From NCBI RefSeq assembly GCF_009914755.1, contig NC_060943.1: a stretch of 64,000 bases of DNA; one strand, given 5' to 3'. A program made the position numbers and the translations under genes. Below the pieces are notes generated by a model, which searched no databases, was not told the origin of the DNA, and saw only the letters and a program-made list of their open reading frames with translations. Below, one piece after another: positions 54,501 through 64,000 of the stretch. The stretch's first letter is position 1; each line of letters begins with the position of its first letter. Source of the DNA: the human T2T-CHM13v2.0 reference genome, Homo sapiens.

Positions 54501-57500
54501 TCAGCCGCTTTGAGTTCAATGGTAGAATAGGAAATATCTTCCTATAGAAACTAGACAGAATGATTCTCAGAAACTCCTTTGTGATGTGTGCGTTCAACTC
54601 ACAGAGTTCAACCTTTCTTTTCATAGAGCAGTTGGGAAACACTCTGTTTGTAAAGTCTGCAAGTGGATATTCAGACTTCTTTGAGGCCTTCGTTGAAAGC
54701 GGGATTTCTTCATATTCTGCTAGACAGAAGAATTCTCAGTAACTTCCTTGTGTTGTGTGTATTCAACTCACAGAGTTGAACGATCCTTTACACAGAGCAG
54801 ACTTGAAACACTCTTTTTGTGGAATTTGCAAGTGGAGATTTCAGCCGCTTTGAGGTCAATGGTAGAATAGGAAATATCTTCCTATAGAAACTAGACAGAA
54901 TGATTCTCAGAAACTCCTTTGTGATGTGTGCGTTCAACTCACAGAGTTTAACCTTTCTTTTCATAGAGCAGTTAGGAAACACTCTGTTTGTAAAGTCTGC
55001 AAGTGGATATTCAGACATCCTTGAGGCTTTCGTTGGAAACGGGATTTCTTCATATTCTGCTAGAAAGAAGAATTCTCAGTAACTTCCTTGTGTTGTGTGT
55101 ATTCAACTCACAGAGTTGAACGATCCTTTACACAGAGCAGACTTGAAACACTCCTTTTGTGGAATTTGCAAGTGGAGATTTCAGCCGCTTTGAGGTCAAT
55201 GGTAGAATAGGAAATATCTTCCTATAGAAACTAGACAGAATGATTCTCAGAAACTCCTTTGTGATGTGTGCGTTCAACTCACAGAGTTTAACCTTTCTTT
55301 TCATAGAGCAGTTGGGAAACACTCTGTTTGTAAAGTCTGCAAGTGGATATTCAGACATCCTTGAGGCTTTCGTTGGAAACGGGATTTCTTCATATTCTGC
55401 TAGAAAGAAGAATTCTCAGTAACTTCCTTGTGTTGTGTGTATTCAACTCACAGAGTTGCACGATCCTTTACACAGAGCAGACTTGAAACACTCTTTTTGT
55501 GGAATTTGCAAGTGGAGATTTCAGCCGCTTTGAGGTCAATGGTAGAATAGGAAATATCTTCCTATAGAAACTAGACAGAATGATTCTCAGAAACTTCTTT
55601 GTGATGTGTGCGTTCAACTCACAGAGTTTAACCTTTCTTTTCATAGAGCAGTTAGGAAACACTCTGTTTGTAAAGTCTGCAAGTGGATATTCAGACCTCC
55701 TTGAGGCCTTCGTTGGAAACGGGATTTCTTCATGTTCTGCTAGACAGAAGAATTCTCAGAAACTTCCTTGTGTTGTGTGTTTTCAACTCACAGAGTTGAA
55801 CGATCCTTTACACAGAGCAGACTTGAAACACTCCTTTTGTGGAATTTGCAAGTGGAGATTTCAGCCGCTTTGAGGTCAATGGTAGAATAGGAAATATCTT
55901 CCTATAGAAAGTAGACAGAATGATTCTCAGAAACTCCTTTGTGATGTGTGCGTTCAACTCACAGAGTTTAACCTTTCTTTTCATAGAGCAGTTAGGAAAC
56001 ACTCTGTTTGTAAAGTCTGCAAGTGGATATTCAGACATCCTTGAGGCTTTCGTTGGAAACGGGATTTCTTCATATTCTGCCAGAAAGAAGAATTCTCAGT
56101 AACTTCCTTGTGTTGTGTGTATTCAAATCACAGAGTTGAACGATCCTTTACACAGAGCAGACTTGAAACACTCTTTTTGTGGAATTTGCAAGTGGAGATT
56201 TCAGCCGCTTTGAGGTCAATGGTAGAATAGGAAATATCTTCCTATAGACACTAGACAGAATGATTCTCAGAAACTCCTTTGTGATGTGTGCGTTCAACTC
56301 ACAGAGTTTAACCTTTCTTTTCATAGAGCAGTTAGGAAACACTCTGTTTGTACAGTCTGCAAGTGGATATTCAGACATCCTTGAGGCTTTCGTTGGAAAC
56401 GGGATTTCTTCATATTCTGCTAGAAAGAAGAATTCTCAGTAACTTCCTTGTGTTGTGTGTATTCAACTCACAGAGTTGAACGATCCTTTACACAGAGCAG
56501 ACTTGAAACACTCTTTTTGTGGAATTTGCAAGTGGAGATTTCAGCCGCTGTGAGGTCAATGGTAGAATAGGACATATCTTCCTATAGAAACTAGACAGAA
56601 TGATTCTCAGAAACTCCTTTGTGATGTGTGCGTTCAACTCACAGAGTTTAACCTTTCTTTTCATAGAGCAGTTGGGAAACACTCTGTTTGTAAAGTCTGC
56701 AAGTGGATATTCAGACATCCTTGAGGCTTTCGTTGGAAACGGGATTTCTTCATATTCTGCTAGAAAGAAGAATTCTCAGTAACTTCCTTGTGTTGTGTGT
56801 ATTCAACTCACAGAGTTGAACGATCCTTTACACAGAGCAGACTTGAAACACTCTTTTTGTGGAATTTGCAAGTGGAGATTTCAGCCGCTTTGCGGTCAAT
56901 GGTAGAATAGGAAATATCTTCCTATAGAAACTAGACAGAATGATTCTCAGAAACTCCTTTGTGATGTGTGCGTTCAACTCACACAGTTTAACCTTTCTTT
57001 TCATAGAGCAGTTAGGAAACACTCTGTTTGTAAAGTCTGCAAGTGGATATTCAGACCTCCTTGAGGCCTTCGTTGGAAACGGGATTTCTTCATATTATGC
57101 TAGACAGAAGAATTCTCAGTAACTTCCTTGTGTTGTGTGTATTCAACTCACAGAGTTGAACGATCCTTTACACAGAGCAGACTTGAAACACTCTTTTTGT
57201 GGAATTTGCAAGTGGAGATTTCAGCCGCTTTGAGTTCAATGGTAGAATAGGAAATATCTTCCTATAGAAACTAGACAGAATGATTCTCAGAAACTCCTTT
57301 GTGATGTGTGCGTTCAACTCACAGAGTTCAACCTTTCTTTTCATAGAGCAGTTGGGAAACACTCTGTTTGTAAAGTCTGCAAGTGGATATTCAGACTTCT
57401 TTGAGGCCTTCGTTGGAAGCGGGATTTCTTCATATTCTGCTAGACAGAAGAATTCTCAGAAACTTCCTTGTGTTGTGTGTTTTCAACTCACAGAGTTGAA

Positions 57501-57794
57501 CGATCCTTTACACAGAGCAGACTTGAAACACTCCTTTTGTGGAATTTGCAAGTGGAGATTTCAGCCGCTTTGCGGTCAATGGTAGAATAGGAAATATCTT
57601 CCTATAGAAAGTAGACAGAATGATTCTCAGAAACTCCTTTGTGATGTGTGCGTTCAACTCACAGAGTTTAACCTTTCTTTTCATAGAGCAGTTAGGAAAC
57701 ACTCTGTTTGTAAAGTCTGCAAGTGGATATTCAGACCTCCTTGAGGCCTTCGTTGGAAACGGGATTTCTTCATATTCTGCTAGACAGAAGAATT
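45555..57794 (+). repeat. Tandem duplication of an 18-dimer block (6120 bp x2)
   Basis: AGTTTAGATT, GACATATC, TCCGAC, TCTGTAAG, TAATGTC, ACTGGAAA, CGTTGAAAGC, GTTGCAC, AACTTCTTT, TTCAAATCA, TAGACACT and TGCGGTC (twice) all recur at +6120. Identity runs from about 45520 to about 57990. Confidence 0.93.
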
Positions 57795-60700
57795 CTCAGT
57801 AACTTCCTTGTGTTGTGTGTATTCAACTCACAGAGTTGAACGATCCTTTACACAGAGCAGACTTGAAACACTCTTTTTGTGGAATTTGCAAGTGGAGATT
57901 TCAGCCGCTTTGAGGTCAATGGTAGAATAGGAAATATCTTCCTATAGAAACTAGACAGAATGATTCTCAGAAACTCCTTTGTGATGTGTGCGTTTAACTC
58001 ACAGAGTTTAACCTTTCTTTTCATAGAGCAGTTAGGAAACACTCTGTTTGTAAAGTCTGCAAGTGGATATTCAGACATCCTTGAGGCTTTCGTTGGAAAC
58101 GGGATTTCTTCATATTCTGCCAGAAAGAAGAATTCTCAGTAACTTCCTTGTGTTGTGTGTATTCAACTCACAGAGTTGAACGATCATTTACACAGAGCAG
58201 ACTTGAAACACTCTTTTTGTGGAATTTGCAAGTGGAGATTTCAGCCGCTTTGAGTTCAATGGTAGAATAGGAAATATCTTCCTATAGAAACTAGACAGAA
58301 TGATTCTCAGAAACTCCTTTGTGATGTGTGCGTTCAACTCACAGAGTTCAACCTTTCTTTTCATAGAGCAGTTGGGAAACACTCTGTTTGTAAAGTCTGC
58401 AAGTGGATATTCAGACTTCTTTGAGGCCTTCGTTGGAAGCGGGATTTCTTCATATTCTCCTAGACAGAAGAATTCTCAGAAACTTCCTTGTGTTGTGTGT
58501 TTTCAACTCACAGAGTTGAACGATCCTTTACACAGAGCAGACTTGAAACACTCCTTTTGTGGAATTTGCAAGTGGAGATTTCAGCCGCTTTGAGGTCAAT
58601 GGTAGAATAGGAAATATCTTCCTATAGAAAGTAGACAGAATGATTCTCAGAAACTCCTTTGTGATGTGTGCGTTCAACTCACAGAGTTTAACCTTTCTTT
58701 TCATAGAGCAGTTAGGAAACACTCTGTTTGTAAAGTCTGCAAGTGGATATTCAGACCTCCTTGAGGCCTTCGTTGGAAACGGGATTTCTTCATATTCTGC
58801 TAGACAGAAGAATTCTCAGTAACTTCCTTGTGTTGTGTGTATTCAACTCACAGAGTTGAACGATCCTTTACACAGAGCAGACTTGAAACACTCTTTTTGT
58901 GGAATTTGCAAGTGGAGATTTCAGCCGCTTTGAGGTCAATGGTAGAATAGGAAATATCTTCCTATAGAAACTAGACAGAATGATTCTCAGAAACTCCTTT
59001 GTGATGTGTGCGTTCAACTCACAGAGTTTAACCTTTCTTTTCATAGAGCAGTTAGGAAACACTCTGTTTGTAAAGTCTGCAAGTGGATATTCAGACATCC
59101 TTGAGGCTTTCGTTGGAAACGGGATTTCTTCATATTCTGCTAGAAAGAAGAATTCTCAGTAACTTCCTTGTGTTGTGTGTATTCAACTCACAGAGTTGAA
59201 CGATCCTTTACACAGAGCAGACTTGAAACACTCCTTTTGTGGAATTTGCAAGTGGAGATTTCAGCCGCTTTGAGGTCAATGGTAGAATAGGAAATATCTT
59301 CCTATAGAAACTAGACAGAATGATTCTCAGAAACTCCTTTGTGATGTGTGCGTTCAACTCACAGAGTTTAACCTTTCTTTTCATAGAGCAGTTGGGAAAC
59401 ACTCTGTTTGTAAAGTCTGCAAGTGGATATTCAGACATCCTTGAGGCTTTCGTTGGAAACGGGATTTCTTCATATTCTGCTAGAAAGAAGAATTCTCAGT
59501 AACTTCCTTGTGTTGTGTGTATTCAACTCACAGAGTTGAACGATCCTTTACACAGAGCAGACTTGAAACACTCTTTTTGTGGAATTTGCAAGTGGAGATT
59601 TCAGCCGCTTTGAGGTCAATGGTAGAATAGGAAATATCTTCCTATAGAAACTAGACAGAATGATTCTCAGAAACTCCTTTGTGATGTGTGCGTTCAACTC
59701 ACACAGTTTAACCTTTCTTTTCATAGAGCAGTTAGGAAACACTCTGTTTGTAAAGTCTGCAAGTGGATATTCAGACCTCCTTGAGGCCTTCGTTGGAAAC
59801 GGGATTTCTTCATATTATGCTAGACAGAAGAATTCTCAGTAACTTCCTTGTGTTGTGTGTATTCAACTCACAGAGTTGAACGATCCTTTACACAGAGCAG
59901 ACTTGAAACACTCTTTTTGTGGAATTTGCAAGTGGAGATTTCAGCCGCTTTGAGTTCAATGGTAGAATAGGAAATATCTTCCTATAGAAACTAGACAGAA
60001 TGATTCTCAGAAACTCCTTTGTGATGTGTGCGTTCAACTCACAGAGTTGAACCTTTCTTTTCATAGAGCAGTTGGGAAACACTCTGTTTGTAAAGTCTGC
60101 AAGTGGATATTCAGACTTCTTTGAGGCCTTCGTTGGAAGCGGGATTTCTTCATATTCTGCTAGACAGAAGAATTCTCAGAAACTTCCTTGTGTTGTGTGT
60201 TTTCAACTCACAGAGTTGAACGATCCTTTACACAGAGCAGACTTGAAACACTCCTTTTGTGGAATTTGCAAGTGGAGATTTCAGCCGCTTTGAGGTCAAT
60301 GGTAGAATAGGAAATATCTTCCTATAGAAAGTAGACAGAATGATTCTCAGAAACTCCTTTGTGATGTGTGCGTTCAACTCACAGAGTTTAACCTTTCTTT
60401 TCATAGAGCAGTTAGGAAACACTCTGTTTGTAAAGTCTGCAAGTGGATATTCAGACCTCCTTGAGGCCTTCGTTGGAAAAGGGATTTCTTCATATTCTGC
60501 TAGACAGAAGAATTCTCAGTAACTTCCTTGTGTTGTGTGTATTCAACTCACAGAGTTGAACGATCCTTTACACAGAGCAGACTTGAAACACTCTTTTTGT
60601 GGAATTTGCAAGTGGAGATTTCAGCCGCTTTGAGGTCAATGGTAGAATAGGAAATATCTTCCTATAGAAACTAGACAGAATGATTCTCAGAAACTCCTTT

Positions 60701-63700
60701 GTGATGTGTGCGTTCAACTCACAGAGTTTAACCTTTCTTTTCATAGAGCAGTTAGGAAACACTCTGTTTGTAAAGTCTGCAAGTGGATATTCAGACCTCC
60801 TTGAGGCCTTCGTTGGAAACGGGATTTCTTCATATTATGCTAGACAGAAGAATTCTCAGTAACTTCCTTGTGTTGTGTGTATTCAACTCACAGAGTTGAA
60901 CGATCCTTTACACAGAGCAGACTTGAAACACTCTTTTTGTGGAATTTGCAAGTGGAGATTTCAGCCGCTTTGAGTTCAATGGTAGAATAGGAAATATCTT
61001 CCTATAGAAACTAGACAGAATGATTCTCAGAAACTCCTTTGTGATGTGTGCGTTCAACTCACAGAGTTCAACCTTTCTTTTCATAGAGCAGTTGGGAAAC
61101 ACTCTGTTTGTAAAGTCTGCAAGTGGATATTCAGACTTCTTTGAGGCCTTCGTTGGAAGCGGGATTTCTTCATATTCTGCTAGACAGAAGAATTCTCAGT
61201 AACTTCCTTGTGTTGTGTGTATTCAACTCACAGAGTTGAACGATCCTTTACACAGAGCAGACTTGAAACACTCTTTTTGTGGAATTTGCAAGTGGAGATT
61301 TCAGCCGCTTTGAGGTCAATGGTAGAATAGGAAATATCTTCCTATAGAAACTAGACAGAATGATTCTCAGAAACTCCTTTGTGATGTGTGCGTTCAACTC
61401 ACAGAGTTTAACCTTTCTTTTCATAGAGCAGTTAGGAAACACTCTGTTTGTAAAGTCTGCAAGTGGATATTCAGACATCCTTGAGGCTTTCGTTGGAAAC
61501 GGGATTTCTTCATATTCTGCTAGAAAGAAGAATTCTCAGTAACTTCCTTGTGTTGTGTGTATTCAACTCACAGAGTTGAACGATCCTTTACACAGAGCAG
61601 ACTTGAAACACTCCTTTTGTGGAATTTGCAAGTGGAGATTTCAGCCGCTTTGAGGTCAATGGTAGAATAGGAAATATCTTCCTATAGAAACTAGACAGAA
61701 TGATTCTCAGAAACTCCTTTGTGATGTGTGCGTTCAACTCACAGAGTTTAACCTTTCTTTTCATAGAGCAGTTGGGAAACACTCTGTTTGTAAAGTCTGC
61801 AAGTGGATATTCAGACATCCTTGAGGCTTTCGTTGGAAACGGGATTTCTTCATATTCTGCTAGAAAGAAGAATTCTCAGTAACTTCCTTGTGTTGTGTGT
61901 ATTCAACTCACAGAGTTGCACGATCCTTTACACAGAGCAGACTTGAAACACTCTTTTTGTGGAATTTGCAAGTGGAGATTTCAGCCGCTTTGAGGTCAAT
62001 GGTAGAATAGGAAATATCTTCCTATAGAAACTAGACAGAATGATTCTCAGAAACTTCTTTGTGATGTGTGCGTTCAACTCACAGAGTTTAACCTTTCTTT
62101 TCATAGAGCAGTTAGGAAACACTCTGTTTGTAAAGTCTGCAAGTGGATATTCAGACCTCCTTGAGGCCTTCGTTGGAAGCGGGATTTCTTCATGTTCTGC
62201 TAGACAGAAGAATTCTCAGAAACTTCCTTGTGTTGTGTGTTTTCAACTCACAGAGTTGAACGATCCTTTACACAGAGCAGACTTGAAACACTCCTTTTGT
62301 GGAATTTGCAAGTGGAGATTTCAGCCGCTTTGAGGTCAATGGTAGAATAGGAAATATCTTCCTATAGAAACTAGACAGAATGATTCTCAGAAACTCCTTT
62401 GTGATGTGTGCGTTCAACTCACAGAGTTCAACCTTTCTTTTCATAGAGCAGTTGGGAAACACTCTGTTTGTAAAGTCTGCAAGTGGATATTCAGACTTCT
62501 TTGAGGCCTTCGTTGGAAGCGGGATTTCTTCATATTCTGCTAGACAGAAGAATTCTCAGAAACTTCCTTGTGTTGTGTGTTTTCAACTCACAGAGTTGAA
62601 CGATCCTTTACACAGAGCAGACTGGAAACACTCCTTTTGTGGAATTTGCAAGTGGAGATTTCAGCCGCTTTGAGGTCAATGGTAGAATAGGAAATATCTT
62701 CCTATAGAAAGTAGACAGAATGATTCTCAGAAACTCCTTTGTGATGTGTGCGTTCAACTCACAGAGTTTAACCTTTCTTTTCATAGAGCAGTTAGGAAAC
62801 ACTCTGTTTGTAAAGTCTGCAAGTGGATATTCAGACCTCCTTGAGGCCTTCGTTGGAAACGGGATTTCTTCATATTATGCTAGACAGAAGAATTCTCAGT
62901 AACTTCCTTGTGTTGTGTGTATTCAACTCACAGAGTTGAACGATCCTTTACACAGAGCAGACTTGAAACACTCTTTTTGTGGAATTTGCAAGTGGAGATT
63001 TCAGCCGCTTTGAGTTCAATGGTAGAATAGGAAATATCTTCCTATAGAAACTAGACAGAATGATTCTCAGAAACTCCTTTGTGATGTGTGCGTTCAACTC
63101 ACAGAGTTTAACCTTTCTTTTCATAGAGCAGTTAGGAAACACTCTGTTTGTAAAGTCTGCAAGTGGATATTCAGACATCCTTGAGGCTTTCGTTGGAAAC
63201 GGGATTTCTTCATATTCTGCTAGAAAGAAGAATTCTCAGTAACTTCCTTGTGTTGTGTGTATTCAACTCACAGAGTTGAACGATCCTTTACACAGAGCAG
63301 ACTTGAAACACTCCTTTTGTGGAATTTGCAAGTGGAGATTTCAGCCGCTTTGAGGTCAATGGTAGAATAGGAAATATCTTCCTATAGAAACTAGACAGAA
63401 TGATTCTCAGAAACTCCTTTGTGATGTGTGCGTTCAACTCACACAGTTTAACCTTTCTTTTCATAGAGCAGTTAGGAAACACTCTGTTTGTAAAGTCTGC
63501 AAGTGGATATTCAGACCTCCTTGAGGCCTTCGTTGGAAACGGGATTTCTTCATATTATGCTAGACAGAAGAATTCTCAGTAACTTCCTTGTGTTGTGTGT
63601 ATTCAACTCACAGAGTTGAACGATCCTTTACACAGAGCAGACTTGAAACACTCTTTTTGTGGAATTTGCAAGTGGAGATTTCAGCCGCTTTGAGTTCAAT

Positions 63701-64000
63701 GGTAGAATAGGAAATATCTTCCTATAGAAACTAGACAGAATGATTCTCAGAAACTCCTTTGTGATGTGTGCGTTCAACTCACAGAGTTCAACCTTTCTTT
63801 TCATAGAGCAGTTGGGAAACACTCTGTTTGTAAAGTCTGCAAGTGGATATTCAGACTTCTTTGAGGCCTTCGTTGGAAGCGGGATTTCTTCATATTCTGC
63901 TAGACAGAAGAATTCTCAGAAACTTCCTTGTGTTGTGTATTTTCAACTCACAGAGTTGAACGATCCTTTACACAGAGCAGACTTGAAACACTCCTTTTGT

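Larger units (their letters stand above)
1..64000 (+). repeat. Centromeric alpha satellite array, SF1-type 340-bp dimer (171+169 bp), D1Z7/D5Z2/D19Z3-like; 188 full dimers plus a partial one
   Basis: Seen: strict 340-bp periodicity, GAATTC at 336-341 and then every 340 bp, and two related monomers per unit (1-171, 172-340). Known: alphoid motifs (TTCAACTCACAGAGTT, TTGAAACACTCTTTTTGT, TGCAAGTGG), a CENP-B box in alternate monomers and the EcoRI 340-bp dimer are characteristic of SF1. The chr1/5/19 assignment is recognition from memory, not a search result. Confidence 0.98.

Noticed and set aside
54-63822. Hundreds of 60-102 aa ORFs on both strands (MILRNSFVMCAF..., MSEYPLADF..., MFPNCSMKRK...)
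   Set aside because: They are translations of the satellite unit recurring every 340 bp. They overlap antisense to each other, and starts and stops are gained or lost through single substitutions and frameshifts. I recognise no domain or gene structure.
1-64000. CRISPR-like or other repeat-spacer array, or a novel prokaryotic system
   Set aside because: There are no unique spacers; the entire unit is repeated at high identity. No cas, recombinase or other genes are present, and the sequence is recognisably primate alpha satellite.
1-64000. Embedded L1, Alu or other insertion, or an inversion
   Set aside because: The 340-bp phase is conserved end to end apart from six 1-bp deletions, and all units read in one orientation, leaving no room for an insertion.
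1-64000. Assignment to a specific chromosome (1, 5 or 19) or to the active kinetochore site
   Set aside because: These arrays share the same dimer family. Assignment needs k-mer mapping to a T2T assembly, and kinetochore position is epigenetic and not visible in sequence.

Overview
The whole 64 kb window is one uninterrupted, single-orientation array of primate (human-type) centromeric alpha satellite. It consists of 188 complete ~340-bp dimers plus 86 bp. Each dimer is a 171-bp A-type monomer with a degenerate pJalpha box followed by a 169-bp B-type monomer with a CENP-B box, and an EcoRI site marks nearly every dimer junction. This matches suprachromosomal family 1 and most resembles the D1Z7/D5Z2/D19Z3 (S1C1/5/19H1L) dimeric array; the chromosome cannot be assigned from the sequence alone. 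I found no genes, RNA genes, transposon insertions, inversions or CRISPR arrays, and all ORFs in the track are artefacts of the 340-bp periodicity. I see no evidence for an undescribed biological system. The informative structure lies in the variants: three B-monomer haplotypes in a non-random order, nested recent tandem duplications (periods of about 2.7, 3.1, 3.7, 4.1 and 6.1 kb), six 1-bp deletions from one event, and CENP-B-box-inactivating changes confined to the two CpGs. All variant counts were made by eye and need confirmation by alignment.
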